From the NCBI RefSeq assembly GCF_009914755.1, contig NC_060939.1: 64,000 nucleotides of DNA; one strand, written 5' to 3'. A model generated the notes under the pieces. The model had not been told where the DNA came from. It did no database searches and saw nothing but the letters and a program-made list of their open reading frames with translations. The position numbers and the translations under genes were made by a program. Below are positions 23,407 through 38,252 of the stretch, piece by piece. The DNA comes from the human T2T-CHM13v2.0 reference genome, Homo sapiens. The number at the start of each line of letters is the position of its first letter. Position 1 is the stretch's first letter.

Positions 23407-25569
23407 ACCACCAAGCTGCAGCCCTCCCTCCAAGCCTACTGGAAGCGCCTTAGCAATATGACAGGGTCTCTATCACAGGCTCTGATTGCCACTTCAATGA
23501 GATGCTGAAAATCTGGGACAAGAGCTCTGCCCAAATCCCAGCTGCTCAGCTAGGCTCTAACAATGCAGCGAGCACACCATCATCTTTCCTTTTCCTGGCA
23601 GAGGGACTCAAGTCCTGCTCACACTTTCTCATCAGCATCTTGCTAATGGCTCATGGACCAATCTCAAACCATGTAGATCCCTGTCTACGCCGCATTATTA
23701 ATTTTCGGTTAACAACAGGAGTGCTTCCCAGATCCACCACATTAGGCACCACGGTCAGCCAGACCAGTCCCAATCAGATTCAAGCCCTGATATCTTACCC
23801 ACCATGATATGTTGGAATGGGAGTGCTGGCTAGACTCTGGGGACCAGCCCAGCAGCTGGTTAGTTTCCCTTTGACCTGAGCCCACCTATTGATAGTTTTA
23901 TTCCTTTTCCTCACCAGCATGCCATTGGTAATTCAAAATGACTAAAAGCTGCATTTACAAGTGTGCAGACACCTACCACCCACGGGTCTCATGGGTGTTG
24001 TCCCTCGGTTCTAAGGGTGTGTGAAGCCACCATATCATGTGCAATTCAAGAATTCAAAACCTAGGCCAGCACAGGACTTGCATCTGAATTCTATAATGGT
24101 AATAAACTTCACAGTAGTCTTCAGCTCAGACTCTCAAGGAACCTGTGTGACAACAAACCCTCTCCTCCTGCACACCTCGTACATGCTACAGGAGTGCAGA
24201 GAGGTTAAGGTGCAAATGATCCCTGAGGAAAACACTCCCAATTCACGCCATCTGGACACAAAGGCCATTCCTCCCAGCAGAGAAGGTTGAGTCTCTGCTG
24301 TTCCCTGTACTTAAAACTGTGAGGTGCTAGCCCTGCCTGCAGATGTCTTGGGGTCCGAATACTTCAGAACACAGGGCCAGGCCACCATGATGTTGGGCTT
24401 TTTCTTAATGGAAACTGCCTGTTTGCCAAGGAGCCCCTGTCCACTGGGTCTGCTCATAAGGGGTTCTTTTCACACCCCTGGAATAAATGCTTGCATAGGG
24501 CATACAGAGCTCTTCTTACTGATAACAACTTTATAAAATACATTTGAATGATGTTCCAAGTCACTCTCTCTTCTATTTCCTCCCTCATTTCTTTGTCATA
24601 GATGGTGCCCTTCCAACAGGTCTGGATTCCTAAAAAAAAAAGACTACATCAAGGCCTAAATGTGAAGATCTATTTTCCTCTGAAGAAGGTCAGGGTTCCA
24701 CAGATTAGGACCCCCAAACAGCTGTTAATAGCCATTCTCCAGCTGACTACTGCTGGCCAAAACCTGCAGGAGCCTTCCTCCTGGTCTTCGTTTCTTGCCT
24801 TCCAGGTCTTCTCCTAGCTAATCCAATCCTAAGCGGGGAGGCACGAGGGGCTTTTTTCTCCACCAGCCTGTATCTCAGCAGCCTTGCTCAGGCTCTTTCA
24901 ACTTCACTTCCGTTCGACATCTCCCCCACTTCACTGACTTTCTCTCCTGGCCTTTCCCTTCAATCATTCATCTCCACATTTGGGAGACAGGGCTCCTCTC
25001 CCAGCCAGCTGCTCTGTGCAGTGTGAAGTCATAGTTGGCAGCAACAGGCAGAATGCCCCATTCTCTAAAGCAGAAACCTCAAAGAACCCAAAAAGTGAGT
25101 CAGTGTTTCTGAAAGCTGTCCCGTGCTCAGCTGTGTGCTCCAGACAGTCATTTGGGGGAGTTATGGAGATACAGATGCCCTTTTGACTAAGCGACCCATT
25201 CATGTCCATCTTCAGGGTGTGGCCAGTTGGGCCCCAGACCTGTTCCTGTCCTAGGATTCCTCAGAGGCTGCCTGCAAGTTTCCATTCAAGCCCATCTCCT
25301 CACCATGACCTGTGCAGCTGCACAGAGTGCTGTCCTGGAGAGAAGGATGTTGCCAAGGAGAGCATCCACACCTGTGTGTCCAAAGGCTGAGTGTGACCCA
25401 TGAGTCTTGTTTCCCACAAACGTGAGATCCCAGAACTAACAAGACCAAAGACCAGAAGATAAAGAAGGAAAACTAGCATTGCTGATTCCCTAGGAAGTAA
25501 AATGCCACTGGCCAGCAGGAGAATCTGGTTGGGCAGGGGCTGGATGAGACACTGCAAATCTTGCCAAGC

Positions 25570-25918
25570 AAACACTCTGTGTGTCCCACTGATGTCCCTC
25601 AGACCTTCCCACTTTTTGATGCTAGCTGGCTCCCAGTGGCCAGCACCTGCTTCTCTCTTCCTGAGAGCTTTCTCTGGAGTGGGCCAAGTGTCTGCAGGGC
25701 TTAATACCCCAGGAGCAGCCCTCCTAGCAATGATGGCGGACAAATATCCCAGATCCAGTTTCCCACAGTGATTGCTAGCTCGGTACACACTCTTCCTGAC
25801 TTCCCATCTCAGTTCCCCATTCCCCTACCTAGAAGTCCTGAGATTACTTCCCACATAAATCACTTGCCCTTGAATATTTCTCTCAGGATCTGCTTCTAGG
25901 GATTCCCAAACTAAGACA
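25570..25918 (+). mobile_element. LTR16-like ERVL LTR remnant
   Basis: 3' end acataaatcacttgcccttgaat...tctcaggatctgcttctagggattcccaaactaagaca. Confidence 0.7.
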
Positions 25919-26184
25919 CCTTTTTGTCTACCAGCTGCTACACATGGGAACCCATGTGTGTCTTTCCAGCTCTGTCTCCTACCGCATGACTCAGACCCCA
26001 ATAATCCACTTAAAAGAATAAAGAGTTGCACTGTTTGAGCTTTTACTGTGTGTCAGTCTCTGCATTTACCCCCCTAATCTCATTTCAATCCCATAACCAC
26101 CCTAACGAACAGGTTTTATCATTCTTGTTTATAAATGAAAGGCACCAAGAGGTTGAGCGACCTTCTCAAACCTCACACGGCTAA

Positions 26185-26470
26185 AAGAGGTTGATTATTG
26201 GGTATGGATATACAGTTAGATGGAAGAAATAAGACCTAATGTTCAATAGATCAGTAGGGTGACTATAGTTCACATTAATCTATTGTACATTTCCAAATAG
26301 CGAGAAGAAAGTAATTCAAATGTTCCTAGAATAAAGAAAAGATAAATATTTAAGGTGATGGCTATCCCAATAACCCTGATTTGATCTTTACACATTATAC
26401 GAATGTATTAGATTATCACATGTACCCCAAAATATGTATGTCTATTATGTATCAATAAAAATAATTTTTT
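26185..26470 (+). mobile_element. L1MA 3' end inserted in a MIR
   Basis: tacagttagatggaagaaataag...gtagggtgactatagtt...cacatgtaccccaaaatatgtat...aataaaa. Confidence 0.85.
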
Positions 26471-26489
26471 TAAAAAAAAGCAAAGATAA

Positions 26490-26778
26490 TTTTTTTAAAT
26501 GTTACTTTAAGTTCAGGGATACATGTGCAGAATGTGCAGGTTTGTTACACGGGTATACATATGCCATGGTGGTTTGCTGCACCTATCAACCCATCATCTA
26601 CATTTTAAGCCTCACATGCATTAGGTATTTGTCCTAACGCTCTCCCTCCCCTTTCTCCCCACCTGCCAACAGGCCCCAGTGTGTGATGTTCCTCTCCTTG
26701 TGTCCGTGTGTTCTCATTGTTCAACTCCCACTTATGAGTGAGAACATGTGGTGTCTGGTTTTCTGTTCTTGTGTTAGT
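26490..26778 (-). mobile_element. L1PA (about PA8-10) 3' end inserted in the L1MA tail
   Basis: actttaagttcagggatacatgtgcagaatgtgcaggtttgttac...cccacttatgagtgagaacatg; TSD aagcaaag(a/g)taatttttt on both sides. Confidence 0.92.
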
Positions 26779-27416
26779 CAAGCAAAGGTAATTTTTTAAG
26801 TGAAGTCCAGATACAAACTCTCTCCTCCATTGGATTCCGCAGCAGTTGCTCTTAATCCCAACAATCTAATGCCTTTCAGACACCTGCTCTCGCCAGTCTT
26901 GGGATTTCTCTCCTTCTGGCATACTCTCTCCCCTATTACCTTCTAACTTGAAAAATTAAAAAAAAGTCTTGCCTATTTCACAGAGTTCTTGAGATGATTC
27001 AACAAGCCACTGTCTATAACAAAAATCACAATTAACGATAACACATTATAGAAATGTAGGGAAGCCAGATTTTGATCACTTCTACTCCTACAATCAGCCA
27101 TTTCTAATGCTGCTCACTCTACAAACTCTTCCTTTGATGCCCTGATCCTTGGCCAGGTTCTCCTTCCAGCCTTATCACAGTCTGTTTTGGGATCAGAGTT
27201 TTTGTGGGTGTATCTTTTCTCCCCTCAGAAAGGCCCTTTCCTTTGCACCCTGCTTGCACCCTAGGAGGTGTTAAAAATTCTTTCTGGATGAACTAATCAG
27301 TTACATAAAGGTGTGAGAATGGGAGCCCGCCCAAGCCACAGACTCTCATTCCATACATCCAGACCTGCTGGTGAAGGGAAGCGAGGCTGCAGTCACTGGA
27401 CAAATATTCACTGGGG

Positions 27417-27435
27417 GCGTGCCACCTGCTGGGCA
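27417..27435 (-). promoter_or_regulatory. Candidate CTCF site
   Basis: Minus strand TGCCCAGCAGGTGGCACGC contains a full match to the core CCASYAGRKGGCRS. Confidence 0.45.
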
Positions 27436-28680
27436 CAGTCTCTGGCTCAGGCACATTCATCAGGTGTCACCTCTCAGCAGAGCAGGGCTACCTGAGTGGT
27501 GAGGTACAAGCCCCTCTCCCATTGGATCAAACTCAGTTGGATCAAACCACTTTGACAGGAGGTGAGGGAAAAGGAAAGGAATATGATGGGAAAGATGATG
27601 CGTTTCTGAGATTCTTGTTACAGTCTGGGCAATATCCCACATCAGTCCTGCCCTTCCTACCAGGAAAATCAGCATTCTCAGGAGTGCTGAGAAATTGGAG
27701 AGAAAGAAGAAAACAATCCAGGGCTGACAGTGACGTTCATAAAAAGTGATTTTCTCCCCCTGCTGCTAAGCTTAGCATGTGGTTCTGTATATGGTGGGAA
27801 GACGAGGGATCTGGATTCAGGGTTTAAAATGCATTTCAGCTGGAGCCTTGATGCCTTAGTGTCCGTGTGGGGTGAGAAACACAAGGGATGACAGACTTCC
27901 CTGGTTCAAGAGAGCATGGGGAAACCGCAAGCCAGAATGTGTCCACCGCCCAGACTGGCCTACGTGGGCCTCGGCTCTCAGACCCTCCCATCTCACCAGC
28001 CAGGCCTTTGAGGCCTCTCCTGCAAGCATCTCCCCAAGGTCCCACAGAGGTCCAAGAGCCCAGCATGGCAGCGATGCTTACGTGAAATCACACTTATTAC
28101 ATGATCTGCCACAGATCTCTTCCTAGGAGGCTACAAACTTCTACAGACATGAGCTCTGGTATATCATCCTAGGGATACAGGAAGCCAGCCAGCCACAGCC
28201 CTCTATTTCCTGAGCACTGAAAGGTAACCCAACTGCACACAGCCCGCTTCTGAACAAGGGCTATCCTAAGCCCCCAAAACGGTGACTCCAGGGTCAGCCC
28301 TCTCACCCCGGTTTGGCCCCTACTCGTTCTCCAGGCCCTGAATAAATAAAATGGCGGGCCTGACTACAAGAGAAGGCTCCTAAGGACTTTGGGGATGGGA
28401 AGGCACACAGGCTGAACAGAGTCTCCCATAACCCTGACCTACCTACTGTAGTCGAACCGGCCCCTAGGTGTGTACAGGGGACAAGGGCGTCCCCTGAATC
28501 CCTCATGCTCCCTCCTGCAGACCTGGAGTGTGCCTTATGAATGTGGACAGCTTAATGAAGAGGGGTCCAGTTGCAACAGCTGCCGACCTCATCTTCCGGG
28601 ATCTGCTCAGCCGCCTTTTCTAATCCATTCCCCACAGCAGCTAGAGATGCCTTGGAAGACACTTATTAAAACTCTCCAGA

Positions 28681-28998
28681 GGCCGGGCGCGGTGGCTCAC
28701 GCCTGTCATCCCAGCACTTTGGGAGGCCGAGGCGGGCGGATCACGAGGTCAGGAGATGGAGACCATCCTGGCTAACACGGTGAAACCCCGTCTCTACTAA
28801 AAATACAAAAAAAAAAATTAGCCGGGCGAGGTGGCGGGCACCTGTAGTCCCAGCTACTCAAGAGGCTGAGGCAGGAGAATAGCGCGAACCCCGGGGGGCG
28901 GAGCCTGCAGTGAGCCGAGATCGCGCCACTGCACTCCAGCCTGGGCGACAGCGAGACTCCATCTCAAAAAAAAAAACCAAAAAACAAACAAAAAAACA
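28681..28998 (+). mobile_element. AluY-family element (AluYe5-like diagnostics)
   Basis: CpG-rich full-length Alu with gggcgaggtgg, aaccccggggggcggagcctgcag and cagcgagactcc; left TSD aaaactctccaga at 28668-28680. Confidence 0.93.
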
Positions 28999-29354
<356 letters not shown>

Positions 29355-31059
29355 TTACAGTGGCCAGGCGGGCGGGGCCGGGTCTTTCCTGGCTCACAGC
29401 TCCTTTCCCTGCTCCCACCTCGGCCATAGCCCTGCAGCCACAGCCATCTGTCTCTGCATCGGAGGCCCCACGCAGGGCCTTTGTTAGTGTCTGCTGGTGC
29501 TTCTCCCTGAGACTGTCCCCAGACACACCATTGCCCCTGGTCAACTCCTTCAAGTCTCAGGGGAAATGTGCTTCCTCAGGGACCCCCAGGCCCAGGCTTG
29601 GTCAGCGCCCCAGGTCTACATTACCCAGAACCTTCTGTTCCTCCTTCAGGGAATTCACAGTCAAACTCGGAGTCACTGGCTTAGCGTCTAGCTCCGCCCC
29701 GACATTGTGGGTCCATCAGGGCCTGTTTTATTCCTGGCTGCATCCCCAGCCCTCGGGCCAGGAGCTCAATGGTATTTGTCAGGTTGCTTGACCCTAACAG
29801 GCTGGTTTCATGAGAAGGTGATTGCTGGGACTATTATATTACCTGCCTCCAGCGAGTCCCCAGGCACCTGCCTCCAGGATGGCACTGCGGGGATAGTTGT
29901 CCCATGAGCTGGGTGGTGGAACTGTCTTCAGTGCTGAGGCAGTCAGGACAACTGAGCTACCCACAGATGTCACTCTTTCCCCCCAACACCTTCTGACTTC
30001 CTGCCCAGAGCCCAAACACACCCTTACTACATCGTTTCTCAAACACAATCCCAATTCCTCCAAAAGCTTCTGTTAAATCTATCTGAAGAGTTCAAGATGA
30101 AATACACACAGCTGTCCTGTTGAAGCAGGTTATGTGCTATCACTGTGGCCTCATCCAGTCACAGAGACTCAGGTGGCAAAGCAGTATATTAGGGGGACAA
30201 GAGCTTTTTTCTCTGGAGAAGGATATCCTGCCTCTTCTTTGTCTTCTCAAAGGTTTAGTACCAACCATGCGACAGTACATGGCAGAGGCCTCTGCTGCAG
30301 GCAAAAGAAGCAGGTCCCCAGATAAGGCTATTTTCCCCAGATAAGCCAAGGCCCCTCCTGGCTTCCCGGAGCTATCATCAGCATCACCCTCAAACACAGC
30401 CTCAACAGACCAGGGCCAGATGTGCTCAGCTCATGGGAGATGGCAGAGATGCAATCAGATGTGCAAAGATTCTCAGCCCCTTCCTGGCTGCCTTTAAAAG
30501 CCACTGCTCCTGTGGACACAAGTCATCATATTCCATTTTAACTTGAACAACAGGTAACCTTGTGGATTCTGGGAGGCCAGCCTGCAGAAACTTCCTACGG
30601 TGTGTGGATCCCAAAGGCATGAGGCAAGTAAGGCTACTTGGTTTGCATCGATGTCACCCCACTCCCTGCAATGGGATCTGTTGCAGTCCTCTAGCCACTA
30701 TGGCCACAACATCCCTCCAGCATGCCTGGATCATAACCAAGGAAGTGGCAATGTCAGAAACAGGAGACATCCCTTCCAAACAGCCCATCCCCAAGGCCTC
30801 CCAAACACTGGCACTCTGTGTGCCCAGGAAGGCTTCCATCTCTCAAAGTCCATTTCTTCCCTCCCACATCCCTCCCACACTCAAGGGGATCCTTCATCTC
30901 ATCTGACTCCTGCTTGGTCTCCACCCCCTTTGGATGTCCCATTTTAGCTGGAGAAAGGGATATAAAATGATACCCCTCTAAAGGGAATCAAAATAGAGTG
31001 GACACAAAGGAAATAAGATTCACAGTGAGAAAGCAATTTGACATTTGCATGATGCTACA

Positions 31060-31228
31060 TCACTGTGTCTCAGGCTATAAAGTGCATGCAAACCACCTGG
31101 GCATGTTGTTAAAATGCAAATTCTGACTCATAGGTCAGAATGAGGCGGGGTCTGAGATTCTGCATTTTTAACAAGCTCCCAGGATGGCTGAGGCTGCTAG
31201 TCCATAGAACACACTTTGAGTAGCAAGA
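31060..31228. mobile_element. MER5A-like DNA transposon
   Basis: gttaaaatgcaaattctgactca...tctgagattctgcatttttaacaagctcccagg...cacactttgagtagc. Confidence 0.8.
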
Positions 31229-31367
31229 GTGTGCCTGCACAATGCCTGGCCACAGAGTAGGCACTCACAGTGATTTGCTACGTTGAATTAAACTGCAGGA
31301 AGAGCTGGGTTTGATGGCAGGACTCATTAATAAACAGCAAGTGGTAAGCTGAAGCAGTCAAATAAAC

Positions 31368-31545
31368 CAATGGTTCCCAGTGCTGGCTGCACATCAAAAT
31401 CACCTAGGGAACCTTTTGAAAATGCCAATGCCTGGAGCCCACCCTCAGAGATTGCAATTTCATTGGTCTGCAGTAGAGTCTGAGTATTTTTTAAAGGTTC
31501 CTTAGGGGATCCTAGTGTGCAATCAAGTTAGAGGGCCAACGAATT
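31368..31545. mobile_element. MER5-family DNA transposon
   Basis: ggctgcacatcaaaatcacctagggaaccttttgaaaatgccaatgcctgg...accctcagagatt. Confidence 0.75.
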
Positions 31546-32069
31546 CAACAAAACGATGTCATTGCCTGCAATGTGCCAAGCATCGTGCCCTGAGTGAGGC
31601 ATTGGACATACAGAGTTGAGTGGGACCAGGTACTGCCCACAGCAAACTTGAAGACTAATAAGGGAAATAAATCTATGTGTAATTATAATGGAAAAACTAC
31701 TATTAGGCATAAGTTCTATAAACTGGTTTGGGAATACAGATGAAGAAACAACTGATCCAAGATAGAGGAAATGAGAGGAAAAAGAAGACAGTGACGAAGA
31801 GGTAGTGATATATGCACCTTAATGGATGCATAGGAGTTTTCTAGACAGACAAGAGAAGCAGCTGCCCCAAACCTCTGTTCTTCCCCATTATTGGTCATGG
31901 GGAGATGATGTTTGGCCAGCTGTCGGGGTCCTAAATTCTAGGCAGCTGCCTACTGCCGCCATGGGTTGATAAGGAAGGTGTATGCACAAAGAACAAGGTT
32001 AATCCAATGTGTGTTCTGTTACCAGCTGGTGCTATTTGGAAGACCACATGGGAGTGGCTAGGATGCCCT

Positions 32070-32545
32070 ATCAGTCAGAGACCAGTCAGGAAAACGGAAT
32101 TCACATCCTATACTTGAGAGAGGAAATTTAATGGGGAAACGGGTGACATCTTGGAGTTGCTAAAAAGCCAAACAGGTAGCCACAAGGCAACACAGAGATA
32201 AGCAACAGCAGAAAGACCCCAGGCTGAAGGGATAAAAGGAGGAAGTGGTGCTGTGAAGCCCAGGGTCAGAGCCGTCTGGCAGGAGCCAGGAACAGCAGGG
32301 ACTGCCCAGCAGAAGCTGCAAATACTAAGAAACACAACCATTGCTAAAGATGCAAAGACCACTACCCAGAGAGTGAGGCAGGGAGCTTGCCCTCTCTGTT
32401 CCTGACCACAGACTCAAACAGTGCCTTCCATTGGCCAAACCCAGCCCCCAGCCAGTTGGCAAAGGGTCCTGGGAGATGTAATTTCCAGGGGTCAGGCCTG
32501 AAGGGCAGGGAATGGATCTGGGCACTGACAGGTAAATGACAGACT
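32070..32545 (-). mobile_element. LTR33-like ERVL LTR
   Basis: gtgccttccattggccaaacccagccccca gccagttggcaaaggg...ggaatggatctgg resembles antisense LTR33-family consensus. Confidence 0.6.
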
Positions 32546-33644
32546 CATTCTGGGCTTCTGGCAAAAGCAGGCTAAACATATCCCTCATCCCCTTCCCTAC
32601 CTTCAAACTCTATCTTGCCAGCCAATGCAGTACAGACACTGTCCACATAGGATCTGGGGAGGCCACCCGGCAGGTCACATCCAGCTGTAAATACCCTCTT
32701 CTATGTGTCCTCATGGTGCTACACAAATAACAAATATTATCAATTTCTCTGTGTGCAATGATGTACAAGTGTTTATGAAGCACTGCCCCAAGAAAAAGCT
32801 AAGAAAGAGGGAATGAAGGGAGCCCACACCTAGGAAGAAATGTTTTTCTTGAATAGGGAGGGCCTCTCAAAGGGAGGCAGCCTCAGACCCCTCTAACTGT
32901 GCTGGCCTCCTGGAAGCACCAGGAGAGAAGCAATTCGAAGAGCAGCCCGATTCCAAAACAGAGAGCAATGACCTGATCTATCTTCCTCGCGGAAGCCTGA
33001 AGATGGAAGAAATTCTTAAAATGAAACCCAAAAAAGCCCTAGCCTCAGGTTTTCAAAGAAATAAAGGAATGCTACAGAATGTCCTGTATCTCAAGCAGTT
33101 GTTCCTCTGCAATTCCTCAACTGGTTTCTTGCCTTTGCACCATGATGGTTTGGAACTGAACAAACTGGCCAGAGGGAAAGCTCAGATGCAGGAACAACTC
33201 TCCCAGGTGGTGCCTGTGAAGATGATGCTGCTGGGTCTTCCCCAAGGGCAGGAGAGAGCGAACACCTGGAGCAACTTGCCCCTGGTTTTATTTAGAAATT
33301 CCTCTAAGTTTACAGAGTCTTTAGAGAAAGCAGAAGCCTTCTCTCATACAGCTCATATCACTGAGTTCTTCTGATTTATTTGTAAATGGATCATGAAAAC
33401 TCGTCCTAAAAAGCTAACCAAAGAGCATAACTTCTGCGTCAACTTCCATCAGAGAGCGGGCTCCTGGGACAGCTGCCACCTTGGATGGAAGGCAGCTTTG
33501 GGAGAGACAAACAGAGCAGTGAGCAGGGAGGGAAACACCCTGCCTGTGACCCAGAGCAGTGAGATGTTCCACTGAGAGCCCAGCACACCATTTTCATTCA
33601 AGTGGCATTTATATACTCCACTCATTAAAAAAATTAATGCACTA

Positions 33645-34170
33645 TTGTTTTAATTGAGGGCAAATTTACATAACATAAAATTAGCCATCTTAACATGTAT
33701 AATTTAGTGGCATTTAATACACTCACAATGTCATGCAAACATCACTTCTATTTAGTGCCAAAGCATTGTCATCACCCCCCAAAAAATATCCTGTATCTAT
33801 TGAGCAGTCACACTCCCCTTTCTTCCCTTTCCCCAGTCCCTGGCAACTATGGATTTATCAATTCTGGACATTTGATATAAATGGAATCATAAAATATGCA
33901 CATGCATTTGTATCTGGCTTATTTCACTTAACACATTTTTGAGGTTAGGTTCATCCATGTTGTAGCATGTATCAAAATGTCACTCTTTTATGGCTGAATA
34001 ATAGGCCGTTATAGAGATAGACCACATGTTTATTCATTCATCAGATGATGGACATTTTGGAGTGTTTCCACCTTTTGGCTATTTTAAATAGTGCCACTAC
34101 AGCCATTCATGTTTATGTTTTTTGTTGAAATATCTACTTTCAATTATTTTGGGTATACACCCAGAAGAAT
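33645..34170 (-). mobile_element. L1M (MA/MB) 3' end
   Basis: tacataacataaaattagccatcttaa...tggcttatttcacttaac...ttcatccatgttgtagcatgtatca. Confidence 0.88.
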
Positions 34171-34721
34171 TGTCCATTTTTAAAGGATTTGAGAGAAGAT
34201 GTAATATAAAATAGCATAATTAGGAATGTAAGCAAAATAGACTTATTAAAAGGGAACAAAGGAGTATGTGTTAACAGGAGTCCAAGGTGAACTAATTCTC
34301 ACAATCAGGCACTGAATGTGGCCACAGGTTTCTTGGCAGCTAAGGTGAAAAGGGAAACAAATCAAGTCACTACAAGTCAGCTGTAGAGATAAACATGTTT
34401 TCCCTGACACTAGCTCCAGAAAAGAACCTGTAGCATAGATCCTTCTATAAAAGATTGTGTGTGACATTGCAGAGGACATGTTCTTATATTTCTACAAGAG
34501 ACAGAAATGTTCTTCAAATGAGTGGTTTTGTTTTTTCTTTTCTAATCAACTCTATATGGCTCATGAACACATTTAAACTGTAATTCAATAAACCCAATTT
34601 TGTAGAATAAAGCAAATACAGCCCAGATACATTGCTTTCTAAATACCCAATTTATTACATGAATCAAATGTGAAGAATCCAAAGAAATAAAGGTGGAAGC
34701 ATCCATTAAAAGTCTCTAACA

Positions 34722-35039
<318 letters not shown>

Positions 35040-35334
35040 TCATTTCTTCAGCATGTCTCTGAATTCTTTAACACGTGCCCATAGTGCAGACATTTTATGC
35101 TGGTGGTCAAAGTGATGGCCCTTAGCTTACATATGAGGCAAGGTGTGTAAAGGGTAAAGCTGCCATTTAGCTGTGGATGTTCACAAGACACTTCTCTGTT
35201 GATGGACCTCGTTCCTACCCAAAAATACAGTAACTGAGACTTGCACTTGGCTGACCTCTGACCCTCCCTTCTCCCAGCTCCTCCTACCTCTCCAACCTGG
35301 TAGATGCTTCATGGAAGCTGTTTTGGCTGCTGCA

Positions 35335-35335
<1 letters not shown>

Positions 35336-35369
<34 letters not shown>
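35336..35369. repeat. (CA)17 microsatellite, read as (UG)17 in the NTRK3 pre-mRNA
   Basis: Perfect dinucleotide run. Confidence 0.97.
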
Positions 35370-35370
<1 letters not shown>

Positions 35371-36204
35371 CCCAGGGCCCCATGGCCAGCAGTATGTCCC
35401 ACTCTGTGGCTGCCATTGGCAGAGCAAAAATCCATCAGACATCCAAAGAAGACCCATGCCTGAAGGGGAAACGTCAGGGCCCCCACACTGAGTGGAGTCC
35501 AACTCCATCCTCACTCTATACTGAGTCAGAAACAGCCCCAGGAAAGCTGGTCACTGCACCGATGCCCACGCTGAGACATTGCAGGGCTGTGGGGTCCCAT
35601 CGCCTGGGCACCTGACGCCAACAGCCCATGCAGAATGGCCCCGTATGTGTGAGGTTTAAGCCATAGTAAAAATGTGCTTCTTTCTATGCCTGACTGAGAC
35701 TAGCACAAATGTCTTTCTGGTGTGGATTTTCTTGCATGGAACATTTATTGACAGCTGCTCCCTGGAGTCATGGTCTCACTTCCTGTCATCCTTAGGCAGC
35801 CCTCTGATGTTGGGGTGAGCCATCATTCCCGTTTCACACATGAGGAAACAGAGGCCCACCAGGATTGAGTAACTTGCTCAAAGCCCCCCAGCTGTTAGGT
35901 TCACAGCTCTTCTCCACTGGAGGAAACTCTACTTTTAAAGGTGTCTGGGTTCTCCCACTTTCTATCCTTGCAGCCTGAATAAAATAAAGGCGGGACAAGG
36001 ACAATGAAAGAGGAACAGGGGGACAAGCTGCCCACACGTGTCCACTTGAGATGCTGTGAGGGTGTGCCCACAGCCCCTCTCTAGGAACAGTGGAGACTAA
36101 GGCCCAGACAGACAGACAGACAGACAGACAAGGCAGCTCGGCCTCACTCTGGGGTACGAGGAGAGCTCTGTGGTTCAGAAGCGGGAGTGTAGATGGACTT
36201 CAAA

Positions 36205-37193
<989 letters not shown>

Positions 37194-38252
37194 GCCACTG
37201 GGCTGTACTGCTTCTTGAAGGGGAGGTCACTAGGGCTAGGACCATTTGAGCCAGGAAAAAATAAAGCAGAAAAAAAAAAAAAACAGAGAGAATAAGGAAA
37301 AAAAAATGTGCCCCCAAATGAACACTCTTCCTATTTCCCAAGCAAGATGCAACCTCTCTGGAACGCCTTCCCATACGAGCCCAGCTTTGTCTGAATTTAC
37401 CATTTTGTCCCATAACCGGCTGGGCACACATCTGCCCCTCCACTAGGAGGTGAGCCCCTGAAGTGCAGGGCTGTCGGGGCTCATCTTCATGCCCCAGTGC
37501 CTAGAGCAGTGGCTGGCAGGTGACAGGTGTTCAGCAAAGGGATGGGGAACTCATGACTTTCTGGGCCTTGCCCTGCTCCCCACTCCTCTGCCCGGTTTCC
37601 TCCCACATGAGGAAGTTGACAGCCCCAGGAAGATTCAGTGATTTGCTCAAAGCCCCTATAGGCCCATAGCCCTTCTTGGTCAGAGAAAGGTATCTGGGTT
37701 CCCTCACCTCCTACCCTATGTGTCTGGCACACCATAAGCACTGTGGGTTTGCCGTCTAGCATTTAGGCCCAGGAAGTAACTCCAAAATTTGGCAATGGCA
37801 ATTCATCAGAGGAAAAACATCCCGGTTTGTTCACGGCTTCCTTGACAAATCCCAGTTCAAACGGAGCATCACGCTTGGGGGTTGGAGAAGGAAAGCAGCT
37901 GTCACCCGGGATGGACCTAAGCAGCATGCCCAGCTCCAGGGCAAACACAGCCCCCAACTGCCCCACCTGGCCCCAATAACTGTCTCCCTCGTGCACATAT
38001 TCACTCTGCGTGTAGGCATTCATTCCAGCGTTACATCTCCGTTGACGCAGAGCTCCCCGTGGCTCCCCTGAAACGTTCCGTGCTAGACACTGTGTCCTGC
38101 GATGCCAGGAGGGAGCCACTGAGAGAGAAATCAAAAGCATCAACAGGCAGCTCAGCGGAGCCAGGCTGGGGCTGGGAGGAAAGCTGGGGGAAGAGGCCCA
38201 AAGAATTCTAGAATGAGAGATCCAGAAATAGAGGGTCTAATGCTAGCAACAC

